Positions 38,466 to 48,922 of a DNA stretch of 64,000 nt are shown here, in pieces. This stretch comes from a virus: the IMG/VR virus record IMGVR_UViG_3300044991_002272; one strand, written 5' to 3'. The translations under genes were made by a program, and so were the position numbers. How positions within the stretch are numbered: position 1 is the first letter of the stretch; every line of letters starts with the position of its first letter. The notes below the pieces were generated by a model. That model was not told where the DNA came from and ran no database searches. It saw nothing but the letters and a program-made list of their open reading frames with translations.

Positions 38466-40759
38466 TGCCCGATCCTGTTACTAGTCATTATCTCCGACGT
38501 ATAATTAGTGAGTTAAAAGAACGTGGTGTTGACTTCAAACCTGAAGATAATGATCTTAATAAATTTGACCGTTACGCATACCATTTACAGTTGTTTATGG
38601 TAAATGATCGAGACGCAGTTGACCCAGACATACAAGCAAAAGTTGAAAATAATCAGATTCGTAAAATAATTATTGCTGAAAGTGGTGTTACAGCAGGATT
38701 TAATATTGTAGACTGTGAACTTTCTGATGCAGTAGGACATAATTTCCGTAATCGAAATACGCATTCGGTAAAAGTGGACTTCACAATTGCTGAGCCATAT
38801 AGCATGAGTTTACCTGACAAGCTTTATATTGCAAGTGTGCAACTTGCTATCCTTAACTGGCGATTAGCACCGATCTTTTTGAAACTGTATTTTGACTATT
38901 ACGACGCTGAAGGGCGTATTGTGCCAGATAGAAGAAAAAGAGGATTTTACTACCGCTTGAAAATAGTGGACTTTGATAACACACTGACCGCTGCTGGTAC
39001 AATCTACAAACTCTCATGTGTTGTTGACAATGACATAGGATTTAGAAATAACTACTTTATTATACCACAAACTTATACAATTAAAGTAGGAGGGACACCT
39101 AGTACAGTCCAAGGCAGTAACTTACCATTACAAAATCCAGCAGCACCTGGTACAGTGTTTGAATTCTTTCGAAAATTGGAAGACGAGATCAATAAATTTT
39201 ATGCAAAACAGCGTCAAGGACCTGCAGGGCCGCTGCCCGCATACGGGGCGTCTGATCCTAGAGCTGAAGCCCAGGGAGCTCAAGTTGTTTTTTACGAATT
39301 TAACGTTGAGGACAAACTTGCGGAGCAAAAAATTAAATTTACCCCAAATGTCAACAATAGACGTGCATCATTTAGTCAACCTGCAGGAGGCGAGGTTGAG
39401 ATTACAGTGGGCCACGGTATTAGTATTGGTGCAATTGTGGATGATATCTGTGCATCAATTACAGACCCGTTATTTTTCATTCCTAATGATCAAACAGGCC
39501 GAATAAAAGTTCCTTGGATTGAATGTGTGGTTGAAGAGATAGGGTGGGATGACCTTTTAAACGACTATATCCGGCGGTTTCGCTTCTTCATAAATGTAAA
39601 AGAAACACGACGGCCTGTTCCTAACTTACCCTTTGGGCGTACTTTCCAAGCTTCTGAGGAGTTTCAAAATGCTAGATTGCAGTCTATTGCTGACGGGGGA
39701 ACGTTACGCAAAGCATACTTGTATTTTTATACTGGGTTAAATACAGAAATTATAAATCTTGATGTTAAATTTTCTCACTTACATTATATACCGCAACCCC
39801 TTACCAACGCAACAGTATTGCCTGATGTTTTTAGTGCGCCTCGTGCAAGTTTGCCCTCAGTCCAAGTTGCGTTAGGACAGCGCCTCTCCATGCAATCACG
39901 GATCCAGGCGCTCCAAGCAGAGCTTGCAAGGCCTGGTGGTGTACCTGCAGCACGAAGTGCAGCCATATCCGATGAACTTGCTGCGTTGCTTGCCCAAGAT
40001 AACTTTTATGCGACAATAATAGCTGAAAGGTCTCTTGTTATTTTTGATCCTAACCTTGCGTCCCAAATACAGAGTAGGACGGAGATTGACCTAGGGCAAA
40101 GCAGTGCACCAATCCAGAGCAGGAGAGATGAGTTATTGATCAGCCGGCAAGCTGCGCAAGTTAGAAGAGCTAGATTAGAGTTTGTGGAAGATGTGTCAAC
40201 ACAACAGCAAAATGTGCAACCATCCGCTCTCACTTATATTAGTGATCCTCGTGATTTGGTGAATTTGGTAAGGCCGGTAAATGGCGATAGTCAGTCGAGA
40301 AAACAGTATGCAAGTATTACCAGTCAATTGTATGATAAACGAGGTGATATGGTAAACATTACTATGGAAATAAAAGGGGATCCGTATTGGTTAGGAAAAC
40401 CAAACATAGAACGTAATAATGACCTACTTAGGTCTTTGCCAAATTCAGGAGCACCTGTACCAAATCAGACATTAGGCCAAAGATTTGCACTTGCTCCAAA
40501 TGCGGATGATATCAGTGGGGTTTTTGATGCGTTTTTTATATTAGCATTTAGACATGGCACGTTGCCAAACGAGCAAACCGGTTTTATGGACTTGCGTGAT
40601 GATGTTGATTTTTTCAATGCATTGTATCTTGTTGTTAACGTTACACACATATTTCGAGACGGCAAATTTACTCAAAGAATTGAGGCTACACGAGATGCGC
40701 TTTCCACTTTTGGTGGTACAAGACCACAACCTGAACCACAGCAAAGTTTACCTGGATAA
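38465..40759 (+). CDS. Baseplate hub / tail protein
   Basis: IIAESGVT.GF.I, K.Y.Y.YTG.NTE+I..D, M.I.GDPYWLG, LY.V..V...F..G.FTQ; lies between the gp53-like and gp5-like genes. Confidence 0.65.
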   Translation: MPDPVTSHYLRRIISELKERGVDFKPEDNDLNKFDRYAYHLQLFMVNDRDAVDPDIQAKVENNQIRKIIIAESGVTAGFNIVDCELSDAVGHNFRNRNTHSVKVDFTIAEPYSMSLPDKLYIASVQLAILNWRLAPIFLKLYFDYYDAEGRIVPDRRKRGFYYRLKIVDFDNTLTAAGTIYKLSCVVDNDIGFRNNYFIIPQTYTIKVGGTPSTVQGSNLPLQNPAAPGTVFEFFRKLEDEINKFYAKQRQGPAGPLPAYGASDPRAEAQGAQVVFYEFNVEDKLAEQKIKFTPNVNNRRASFSQPAGGEVEITVGHGISIGAIVDDICASITDPLFFIPNDQTGRIKVPWIECVVEEIGWDDLLNDYIRRFRFFINVKETRRPVPNLPFGRTFQASEEFQNARLQSIADGGTLRKAYLYFYTGLNTEIINLDVKFSHLHYIPQPLTNATVLPDVFSAPRASLPSVQVALGQRLSMQSRIQALQAELARPGGVPAARSAAISDELAALLAQDNFYATIIAERSLVIFDPNLASQIQSRTEIDLGQSSAPIQSRRDELLISRQAAQVRRARLEFVEDVSTQQQNVQPSALTYISDPRDLVNLVRPVNGDSQSRKQYASITSQLYDKRGDMVNITMEIKGDPYWLGKPNIERNNDLLRSLPNSGAPVPNQTLGQRFALAPNADDISGVFDAFFILAFRHGTLPNEQTGFMDLRDDVDFFNALYLVVNVTHIFRDGKFTQRIEATRDALSTFGGTRPQPEPQQSLPG

Positions 40760-40773
40760 TAGAGTATAGTTAA

Positions 40774-43539
40774 ATGGCAACCTTAAAACAAACAGTCAAT
40801 CTGCCAGGTGCTTATGAACTAGACCCAGGAGGCTTACGCGCAACATGGGATAAAATTTATCTTGGCCTAATACGAGACGTAAATGATGCTCGCAACATGG
40901 GACGTATCCGAGTTTGGATACCAGAATTAGGAGGACTAATTGATAATTCTGCAAATTGGATTATTTGTGATTACGCCAGTCCATTTGCTGGGGCATCAAA
41001 CGTAGCTGATGTAAACCTAAATCCCACAAGCTCACAAACAGACTATGGTATGACATTCATACCACCTGATCTCAATAACCAAGTGCTGGTTTGTTTCATA
41101 AATGGCGATCCCAGTCGTGGCGTTTGGTTTGGATGTTTGTTCCAAGTTGACCGCAATCATATGACTCCCAGCACTCCTGGTAGTAGCCCCTCAAAAGAAA
41201 ACAAAAACATCTTAACTGGTGGACAACCCATCTTCAAAGACAGTTATGATTTTGCCAAGGAAGCAGGAGTTCCAGAACTGCCTATTGAACAAGGTGGACC
41301 AGCTCCTCGAGGTATGCAACAAGGTATTCGCACCATGGGTTGGCGAACCCCATATGGGCACACTATGGTTTATGACGACACTCCAACAGACGCTTTTATC
41401 CGATTGCAAACTCGTGGCCTAGCTCAGATTGTTATTCATGATACAAAAGATAGGATCATAATCAACACTGGTCCAAACAGAGCCAGAATAGAGATGGACA
41501 AAGAAGGCAACATTGATATTTTTGGACAAAAAAGCGTCAGTGTCAGTGCCGGACAAGACATCAATCTACATGCTGACAGAGATGTGAATATTGAAGCTGG
41601 TGGCAGCATCAAAATGAGAAGCCTAGATGAAACACGCATGTTCAGCAAAAAGCCCTTCAACATCAGCAGTGGTGGAGATGTTTTGTTGTTCAGTCAAGGA
41701 AATATGCATCTTGTAAGTAATTCAAATATCTACAACACTGCTGTAGGAAGCCTGCAATACAGAAGCAATTATGGCATATTTCTCACCACTCAAGAAAGCA
41801 ACATTGACATCAAAAACTTGACTGGTAATATTCGCTTGTTTGCAGGAGGCAATGTTGATGCCAGCAGCACAGGTGACGTAAGGTTAAGAAGCACAAATGG
41901 CAACTTAAATTTAGTTGCCAGTGCTGATGTCAAAATCCAAAGCACAGGTACCTTGAATTTAGTAGGTGGTGCTGATGTCAAAGTTCAAGGCAATGGATCT
42001 GTAAACTTGCGTTCTGGTGCAGGAAGTGTGAACACTGGTCCAAAAACAGTCTTGAATGTTGCTAATTTACCAGATGCAGCCAAGCCCACCAATCCAGATA
42101 ATCCCATAACTGCTGTACCAGGAGTAGTTGCATTATCGCCTGACATTCGAACGGAAGAAAGAGTGCAGTTGCAGAATGTAGTGAGTCCTGCAAGAAGCAT
42201 TCAGATTGTTCAAACTATTGTCAGCAGACTGCCAGGAGCTGATCCTTGGAGACAGCGCAGTGTTTCAGGCCCAGGTTATTCCAACACAGGCTTAGTGCAG
42301 AGGAAAACCACTCCACCTGAAAGCACTTACAAAGTGGGGCAAGTGAGTCCAGCACAAGACAAACCACTTCAAGTATATGGAATAGTGAATGGCCAAACTG
42401 GCTTGCACATTGGGCAAATTTGGGACGAAGGTGGGACTCCACAATATGAATTCAAACCGTTGGGTCCTAGAGTATTGCTCCCCTCCACAGAGTGGACAGT
42501 TAACAACCGTGGTATTCAAATCATAATTGATCATGAAGGTTTGGGTGGCAATTTGATTGGCAAGCCCTTTGACGATGCATGCAAAAGCGGGCAAAAGCTG
42601 TTGGGTTATGGTCATTTGTTATCAAGTGAAGAACTTCAAAACAACACAGTTACCTTGAATGCAACAGACGATTCTGGCACTCAGATCAGCACGCAATTGA
42701 ATGTTGGAGAGGGTATAAGCGAAACCAATATGAAGGTGTTGTTGAAAACAGACATCAAAAAAATTGAAGGCAAGATTCACAGCAGCATTGGTAGCAACCT
42801 ATTAACACAAGATCAGTTCAATAGTTTAGCAGACTTCATCTACAACATTGGCTCTGACAACTTTGACAAGAGCGGCATCACTGGCATGATCAGCAGTGGA
42901 GACTACAACAAAGTTCCAAATGAAATGAGTCGATGGATTTTGGCTTGTAACAACCAAGAAAAGTTTGAACTCAAAACTCGCCGACTCAACAACGCATTTT
43001 TGTTCAGTGGACAAGCTAGACCTGATGCAGACTTCAGTGCCACAGCAAGTGGGGCTGGCAAAGGATTTGATTCCAATCAAGCCAAAAAAGCTTGGTGTTA
43101 CTTGAGGGGCAAAGGCTATCAACCCGAACACATTGCTGGCTTGCTGGGCAATTTCACTATTGAAAGTGCCTTGAATCCCAGAGTGGACAGCAACCCCACC
43201 TTCAAAGGCTTGGCTCAGTGGAATTCCGATCGTTTCAAAAATATGCCGCGGGCTATTGGTGTAAGTTGGCCACAATTGAGTCAACTATCAAACGACACTG
43301 CCTTGTATAAAAGCCTAGACTTTGTGGATTGGGAATTCAAGAACACACATCGCAGTGCCTACTCCAAGATGTTGGCAACCAACAGTCCTGAGTCAGCAGC
43401 TAGAGCAGTAAATGAATACTACGAGATCAGTTCATCAGGGCTGTTGGGACGGCAGGGAACAATTACCCCAGAAGCTCAAAACAGATTCAATACAGCAAAG
43501 ACCATTTTTGATCAACTGAATGGAACTCAGTGCGGCTAA
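40774..43539 (+). CDS. Baseplate spike (gp5-like): OB-fold + beta-helix + GH24 lysozyme + phage-tail lysozyme
   Basis: D..N.GR+RVWIP..GG; V+V.F+NGD...G.W.G; RTP.GH; beta-repeats; HEG..GYGH..QF..L..F.YN.G; IAG+LGN...ES..NP..GLAQW...R. Confidence 0.88.
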   Translation: MATLKQTVNLPGAYELDPGGLRATWDKIYLGLIRDVNDARNMGRIRVWIPELGGLIDNSANWIICDYASPFAGASNVADVNLNPTSSQTDYGMTFIPPDLNNQVLVCFINGDPSRGVWFGCLFQVDRNHMTPSTPGSSPSKENKNILTGGQPIFKDSYDFAKEAGVPELPIEQGGPAPRGMQQGIRTMGWRTPYGHTMVYDDTPTDAFIRLQTRGLAQIVIHDTKDRIIINTGPNRARIEMDKEGNIDIFGQKSVSVSAGQDINLHADRDVNIEAGGSIKMRSLDETRMFSKKPFNISSGGDVLLFSQGNMHLVSNSNIYNTAVGSLQYRSNYGIFLTTQESNIDIKNLTGNIRLFAGGNVDASSTGDVRLRSTNGNLNLVASADVKIQSTGTLNLVGGADVKVQGNGSVNLRSGAGSVNTGPKTVLNVANLPDAAKPTNPDNPITAVPGVVALSPDIRTEERVQLQNVVSPARSIQIVQTIVSRLPGADPWRQRSVSGPGYSNTGLVQRKTTPPESTYKVGQVSPAQDKPLQVYGIVNGQTGLHIGQIWDEGGTPQYEFKPLGPRVLLPSTEWTVNNRGIQIIIDHEGLGGNLIGKPFDDACKSGQKLLGYGHLLSSEELQNNTVTLNATDDSGTQISTQLNVGEGISETNMKVLLKTDIKKIEGKIHSSIGSNLLTQDQFNSLADFIYNIGSDNFDKSGITGMISSGDYNKVPNEMSRWILACNNQEKFELKTRRLNNAFLFSGQARPDADFSATASGAGKGFDSNQAKKAWCYLRGKGYQPEHIAGLLGNFTIESALNPRVDSNPTFKGLAQWNSDRFKNMPRAIGVSWPQLSQLSNDTALYKSLDFVDWEFKNTHRSAYSKMLATNSPESAARAVNEYYEISSSGLLGRQGTITPEAQNRFNTAKTIFDQLNGTQCG

Positions 43540-44759
43540 GTTTGTTGCACTGAGATTCCAGGAGGAATAAGGCCAGCCACTGCACTGCCTAGTCCCAAAA
43601 TGGGACTTAACACCAGCCCAATAAATGTGCAAAAGGTGAAGGGAATGTATTTGAAAATTTCTTTGAGTATGGGAACAAACTTCAAGATAGCTTTGAAGAA
43701 CCCCACGACAAGCTTCATCCACAGTTCCAATATCAGAGTAGGAATTTGTTCAAACAAGTCTTTCACAGCCTGCATGATGCTGTTGAAGCGGGTTTCCTTG
43801 CTCTCAAGATTGAGATCTTTGGGTGGGTCAGATATTTTGAGAAGCTGTTTGACTTTTGTGGGAAAGGGCCAAGCTATGAATTTTAACAATGGACCAAATG
43901 TTTTGTCCAAAAAGTTTTTTATATCAAACTCCAGGAAGTAATCAATCATGCGCTGCATTTTTTCATTAGCACTGATAGCCAAGTCTTTGATGGGTTGCCA
44001 CACACTATTGAAAAGCTCTTCAAAATTTAGCGCCACCAAATTGGGAAGGTCTGGTAAGCGCAGGGCTTGCCAAATTTGTCTGATGGGTTCAGTCAAAGCT
44101 CTTAGTGCTCGGAAACCTCTGTTGATCAAGCTCAATAAACCTTTGTGGAACTCACTCCATACTCTACTGATTAGGCTTTGTTGGCGCATTTCATCGTTCT
44201 TCAAACCCAATGTTCCATCAAATGTGATATTCCAAGGTAGGCCCAAGGCTCTTGCTATTTGATCTTGGCGAGCGCCAATTGCAGCTCTTATTTTAGCTCT
44301 ACCCTCTGCACTAAGAAGATCACGCACTGTACAGTTGGGCAGGAACGGCAAAGGTATATTCAAAAAGCTTAAGTTGGGAATAATTCTGCCCAAAATGTCC
44401 AATAACTTGAGCTCCAAATAGAGTTTGAACTCGTTAAACAGTGCCCGCAGCCGTACACCCATTTCTTGTTCTGGGACTTTGAGGTTAGGGCCGTATACGG
44501 GATTGCCAACGCTACCTAGTGTGGTCCCAAAGGTTTTGTCAAATAATTTTAGTAAACTGTCTATCGCATCAGAAATTTGTTTGGCTGTGGCAATAACAGT
44601 GCATTGAGCTATCCTACCCAATTGCCCTGGTATGCTGCCTAAACCTCTGCCAAACTCATCAAGATTGTTGAAATTAGGTAATACACCATCAGTGCATTCA
44701 AACTTTGGAAATGTAACTGTGAGGCTCACGCCTTGGCACGGATCTATTGGTTGATTCAT
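43536..44759 (-). CDS. Hypothetical amphipathic Leu/Ile/Phe/Pro-rich late protein
   Basis: 407-aa ORF with TAAATA immediately upstream. Confidence 0.7.
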   Translation of the reverse strand: MNQPIDPCQGVSLTVTFPKFECTDGVLPNFNNLDEFGRGLGSIPGQLGRIAQCTVIATAKQISDAIDSLLKLFDKTFGTTLGSVGNPVYGPNLKVPEQEMGVRLRALFNEFKLYLELKLLDILGRIIPNLSFLNIPLPFLPNCTVRDLLSAEGRAKIRAAIGARQDQIARALGLPWNITFDGTLGLKNDEMRQQSLISRVWSEFHKGLLSLINRGFRALRALTEPIRQIWQALRLPDLPNLVALNFEELFNSVWQPIKDLAISANEKMQRMIDYFLEFDIKNFLDKTFGPLLKFIAWPFPTKVKQLLKISDPPKDLNLESKETRFNSIMQAVKDLFEQIPTLILELWMKLVVGFFKAILKFVPILKEIFKYIPFTFCTFIGLVLSPILGLGSAVAGLIPPGISVQQT

Positions 44760-44808
44760 AACACTTATTTAAATTGACAATCACTCTTGGAAAAAATTAA
44801 AAGGAGGT

Positions 44809-45492
44809 ATGAATTTCAATACATGGCTAGTTACAAGCACAATCAACACAGAGTTTAGTGTTTGGTCGCCAAAACAAAGGCTGGATCAAACTCTACAAAC
44901 CCTAAAAAGTATTCGACAAACTGATGCGTCAGCCAAAGTAATTTTTGTAGACAATAGCATTGAACCACTAGACCAAAGCATGCAACTACTATTGCTGCCC
45001 TATACTGATGTTTTTCATCAATTCAAGCATCATGTTTTTTCAACCGTTTGTAATACAACAGACTTCAACAAAGGCGCTGGTGAAATTTTGATGACAGATG
45101 TGGGGTTGGACATTGCTGTTAAAAACAGCTTGTTGGGTAAAAGGCTCTTCAAAATGTGCGGGCGGTATATCTTATCACACAAATTTAACACCAGTTACTA
45201 TGACAGGCTAGAGTTTGAAGGAAAGTATGTGTATAAAAATACTTTTTGGGAATATGAAACTCACAATCACAAAACTATAAAACAATTTCTTGAAACCAAA
45301 TTGTGGAGCATGTGCAGCAGCTTGATTCCAGAATATAAAGCCCTATTACCTAAAATATTGGAATTTATGCTACGCAACAACGAGAACATTGAAGTATCAA
45401 CTGACAAATTGCTGCCTGTAGACAAAAAGATAGCTATTGATCAGCTACATGTCACTGGTTTGTATGCCACCGGCCTGTATGTAGAGGCATAA
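44809..45492 (+). CDS. Hypothetical glycosyltransferase-like protein
   Basis: +VTS.I, R..QT..T+.SIR, FVDNS, KG.GE and R+FK+.GRY.L pattern. Confidence 0.55.
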   Translation: MNFNTWLVTSTINTEFSVWSPKQRLDQTLQTLKSIRQTDASAKVIFVDNSIEPLDQSMQLLLLPYTDVFHQFKHHVFSTVCNTTDFNKGAGEILMTDVGLDIAVKNSLLGKRLFKMCGRYILSHKFNTSYYDRLEFEGKYVYKNTFWEYETHNHKTIKQFLETKLWSMCSSLIPEYKALLPKILEFMLRNNENIEVSTDKLLPVDKKIAIDQLHVTGLYATGLYVEA

Positions 45493-45498
45493 CATATC

Positions 45499-46164
45499 TT
45501 AAAAATCACAAATTTTCCTGATTGAGTTCAAGTAAAAATACTTGCATAACCAAGACTGAACATAGCTGTGTTCCTTGCATGACAAGAACTCACCTGGCGT
45601 CCTGGGTCCCCAATCTCGTTGTTTAAAACTGTCGGGCAATCTTTTATACATCTCAGTTGTGTTGACTGCATCCGGCCAACTTATCCATTTTTCTTGAAAA
45701 TAGCTTATGCCAGGATATTGTCCTGAAGGGGCCCAAGTGCTGGGGGCCCAGAAATACTCAGCCTCTTGTGTAATATAGCAGGCTAGATTGTTGCCAATCA
45801 ATCGCAATATGAAATCATCGTCTTCAAAGCCTCCAGGAAACTTCTCGTCCAAGCCACCTATTTGCCTAAACAATTCCTTTTTGATACCAAAAAAACGGAA
45901 ATCATACAACGCCACAAAGGCAAACCCTTCATCCAGCTTTTGTAACATCAATTGAATATTCTCGTCAGAGGGGGCAATGCGATTACAAAGTATGATAGTT
46001 GTTTCTGTAGGACTCTGGTGAACACAATCGTTCACCAGCAGGGAAAAACTGGGATAATTGCTGCCATTGAACCAATTCACTGTATTGTTTTGTAATTTGC
46101 TGTTGGCAAATTGTAAATCGTCAAAATTTTGTGAAATAAGCCAAATGGAATAATCAAGTGTCAT
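45499..46164 (-). CDS. GT2-like glycosyltransferase fragment
   Basis: FFG+KKELF.QIGG.DE.F.GG+EDDDF..R. Confidence 0.65.
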   Translation of the reverse strand: MTLDYSIWLISQNFDDLQFANSKLQNNTVNWFNGSNYPSFSLLVNDCVHQSPTETTIILCNRIAPSDENIQLMLQKLDEGFAFVALYDFRFFGIKKELFRQIGGLDEKFPGGFEDDDFILRLIGNNLACYITQEAEYFWAPSTWAPSGQYPGISYFQEKWISWPDAVNTTEMYKRLPDSFKQRDWGPRTPGEFLSCKEHSYVQSWLCKYFYLNSIRKICDF

Positions 46165-46203
46165 ACTTAAAGCGTATCAGAAACCCCAAAGGTTGTCAAT
46201 ATG

Positions 46204-46446
46204 CTACCTTCCCCACAAGAGGGCAAACAAGCTGGCATCCTCTTGGCTCCGAAAGCTCACCCAAATTTTTTCATAATGTTGGTGAGATGACAGAGAACGA
46301 TAGCTCCATCGGCTACTTGCTTTGAAAAAGTCCGGTTGGCCCAAGGTATCTATCAACCACAGCAGCATGTTTTCGTGCTCAGCAAGAGACATGCCTTCCA
46401 GCACTACCATATGTGGCCATTGAGGCAAGACTGTGGTCTCATACAT
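46204..46446 (-). CDS. Small hypothetical protein (F..xDA..F.L.W family)
   Basis: Ends in FRSQEDASLFALLW. Confidence 0.7.
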   Translation of the reverse strand: MYETTVLPQWPHMVVLEGMSLAEHENMLLWLIDTLGQPDFFKASSRWSYRSLSSHQHYEKIWVSFRSQEDASLFALLWGR

Positions 46447-46449
46447 GCG

Positions 46450-46698
46450 CTAGGTCCACGTCAACCTGAACAGAAGTGCATCTTCCTCACGCTCAAACAC
46501 CAGTTGATATCGTTTGGGGTTGACACCACTGTGCCACTGGAGCCAGTAGCTGCCTCCAGGTGTCTTCTTCAGCCAACTCCATCGCAGCTCGCCCAACACG
46601 TCCAAAAGATGGGGCAAAGGCACTGGGTTGTTTGCCTCAATAGGCACCTCGTGCCACTGGCTGTAGTCCGCTTCCAGATCCCGGTTAACCCGCTGCAC
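46450..46698 (-). CDS. Small hypothetical protein (F..xDA..F.L.W family)
   Basis: Ends in FEREEDALLFRLTW. Confidence 0.7.
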   Translation of the reverse strand: MQRVNRDLEADYSQWHEVPIEANNPVPLPHLLDVLGELRWSWLKKTPGGSYWLQWHSGVNPKRYQLVFEREEDALLFRLTWT

Positions 46699-48292
46699 GC
46701 AAGTCCACTGTGTTCACCACAGCCCCACCATCCAATCCCGCATCCAGCACCTGCCCCTTGCTGAACAGCATGTCTGCCATCAGCTCTTCGATAGTATTTT
46801 CAGCCACCAAGTTGAAAATCGTAACCTGGTCGCTAGTTTGACCAATGCGGTGCACACGGTCGGCACACTGCTGAATTTCTCCAGGGCTCCACGGCGTCTG
46901 CACAAACGCCACCGCATTTGCAGCCGTAAGAGTCAATCCAAATCCCCCTGCCGTAATCGAAACCAAAATCACTCGGGTCCTAGGATCATTCTGAAAAGCC
47001 TCAACAGCCTGGGCACGCTCTTCGTTGCTGACCCCACCGTAGATAACTCCAACACGTCCGCCCCATTCCTGGTCCGCAGTCAGCGCACCTTGGATATGGT
47101 CGATAACTGCTCGGTTGTGGGCAAACACCACCAGCTTCTCGCCGTTTTCAGTGTAGTCCCGAATCCACTCCACAGTGCTGGCGAGCTTGCTGAGCGCAGC
47201 CACCTCACGCAGCTTCTGCATCGCAACAATACGCTCATCGCTCTTGGGAGCATTGCTGCCCAAGCGGATCATAGTCTCAAGGCCAGCCTTCCAGTCAATT
47301 CCCTTGAAGGCTCGATCTACGCTGTCATACTCTGCACGATCAAACTCCAGTGGGATAACCTGATACACCTTGGGCGGCAGCTCCTTCAGCACGTCCCGCT
47401 TCAAGCGACGCAGCATGAGGTGCACTGTCAGCAGCTGGTGCAGTTCATCCATGTTCGAGCTGCCACCAAAGTTCCAACCATGCCCGTTGTTCACCGGGTT
47501 GCAGAAGCGCCATGCGAACTTGTTCCAAGTGCTGAACTGCGGCACATAGCTGGCCAAGCTCCTGACAGTGCTCCACAGCTCTGCCGGCCTGTTTACCATT
47601 GGAGTGCCTGAAATCAGAACCACACGCGGCACAGGCTTGCTGACCTTGTGAGTCTTGCGCACACCGCCCTTGAGCTTTTCCTCCACCTCACCAGTAGCCA
47701 GCCGCATGTAAGCCTGTGTGCGCTTGGCACTGGGATTCTTGATCTTGTGGCTCTCATCCACCGCCATGAACTTGAGATTCAATGCCTCGATGTCGTCGAG
47801 GTTGCTACTGAGGATGTCGTAGTTCACAAGGTAGATGTCGCAACCGGCTGTGGGCCGCTTGCTGTAGATGACATTGGGATGCCGAGCAGCTCGCTCAGCA
47901 GTGGCACGCTTGCTGTAGGAAGTGCCCACCACATTGATTTGGTACCGAGTGCCAGTCATCGCGATGATTTCATTCCGCCAATTCAACTTAAGAGTATTGG
48001 GCAGCACTACCATCATGGGAAACAGCTGATTCTTGTGGGCGTAGGCCATAACCTCAACGGTCTTGCCCAGTCCCTGTTCTTCAGCCAACAGTCCAACTCC
48101 CAGCTGGCTCTCCAACCACGCAACCGCCTCTGCCTGGTAAGGCTTAAGCTTGAAGTTGAAACCTTCCAGCTGGGTGACCCGAGGGATGCTGTTCAAGAGA
48201 GCTTCAACTCGGGGATCAACCTTGAGGTTGTGCTTGGTGCTGAGTCGCAGCACCTTGCGCGCATTCTCAATCGAGGCTGGAACAGTCAACAT
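46685..48292 (-). CDS. SNF2-family helicase / translocase
   Basis: LKPYQ, EQGLGKT, DESH, SGTPMVNRP.ELW, LRRLK.DVL.ELP, G.GLTLTAA, Q..DR.HRIGQ. Confidence 0.93.
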   Translation of the reverse strand: MLTVPASIENARKVLRLSTKHNLKVDPRVEALLNSIPRVTQLEGFNFKLKPYQAEAVAWLESQLGVGLLAEEQGLGKTVEVMAYAHKNQLFPMMVVLPNTLKLNWRNEIIAMTGTRYQINVVGTSYSKRATAERAARHPNVIYSKRPTAGCDIYLVNYDILSSNLDDIEALNLKFMAVDESHKIKNPSAKRTQAYMRLATGEVEEKLKGGVRKTHKVSKPVPRVVLISGTPMVNRPAELWSTVRSLASYVPQFSTWNKFAWRFCNPVNNGHGWNFGGSSNMDELHQLLTVHLMLRRLKRDVLKELPPKVYQVIPLEFDRAEYDSVDRAFKGIDWKAGLETMIRLGSNAPKSDERIVAMQKLREVAALSKLASTVEWIRDYTENGEKLVVFAHNRAVIDHIQGALTADQEWGGRVGVIYGGVSNEERAQAVEAFQNDPRTRVILVSITAGGFGLTLTAANAVAFVQTPWSPGEIQQCADRVHRIGQTSDQVTIFNLVAENTIEELMADMLFSKGQVLDAGLDGGAVVNTVDLRAAG

Positions 48293-48316
48293 GTAAGCTC
48301 TCCTTCCTACCCCTGC

Positions 48317-48344
48317 ATTGTAGCAGGTTTGAAGGGATGGTCAA
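48317..48344 (-). promoter_or_regulatory. Early promoter
   Basis: TTGACC-N16-TACAAT with TGC before the -10. Confidence 0.7.
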
Positions 48345-48353
48345 TCCCTAAAT

Positions 48354-48551
48354 CTAGAGATTCACATGATGAGTGATGAGAATCTGCTGGCGCTGATGAG
48401 GGTTGAGATACAGTTGGGCAAAGTAAGTGGCCTTGTGTCCACGCTTGGTCATCATCTCAACCAAGCGTCGGCTTTCGTGCTCACTGAGCTTATCGGCCAA
48501 AATGGTGCACACACCGTTGTCGTCTTGACGGATCACTAGGTAGCTGCTCAT
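48354..48551 (-). CDS. Small hypothetical protein
   Basis: 65-aa ORF overlapping its neighbour by ATGA-type coupling. Confidence 0.6.
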   Translation of the reverse strand: MSSYLVIRQDDNGVCTILADKLSEHESRRLVEMMTKRGHKATYFAQLYLNPHQRQQILITHHVNL

Positions 48552-48919
48552 GCTCGGAGACTCTCCTCTACACTCATCAACTGTTGAAAATCCACTGCTT
48601 CGCTGTAGTAGCCGTTGCTCTCACCCAGCCATCTCAGTGTCACGCTGCCCTTGATGGAAGCCAGTTCGTAAAATGTCCAAGTCTCGTGCCCCCATTCAGT
48701 ATCGCTTCCATTCACACGCTCCTCAGCCACAAGAATAGGCGCACCAACGAGGTCACTTAGATCGCCAATGATGTCTTGGAGGACAACATTCTCACAGCAG
48801 TCTTGACAGTGCCACATACGCCACCTACGCCCGCACTCGCTGTAAAACATGAGCTGGTCTGGCTCGCGTTCAAGCTCAATGTTGAGCAGAGTGATGCCCT
48901 TGAGATCTTCGATACCCAT
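48548..48919 (-). CDS. Hypothetical phage protein
   Basis: H.QDCCE.V...DI.GD..DL+G.PI..AEE..TWTFY..A..KG.V..RW.G.SNGYYSE. Confidence 0.75.
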   Translation of the reverse strand: MGIEDLKGITLLNIELEREPDQLMFYSECGRRWRMWHCQDCCENVVLQDIIGDLSDLVGAPILVAEERVNGSDTEWGHETWTFYELASIKGSVTLRWLGESNGYYSEAVDFQQLMSVEESLRA

Positions 48920-48922
48920 ACT

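Noticed and set aside
46838-48376. 257-aa and 242-aa plus-strand ORFs
   Set aside because: Antisense shadows of the SNF2 helicase.
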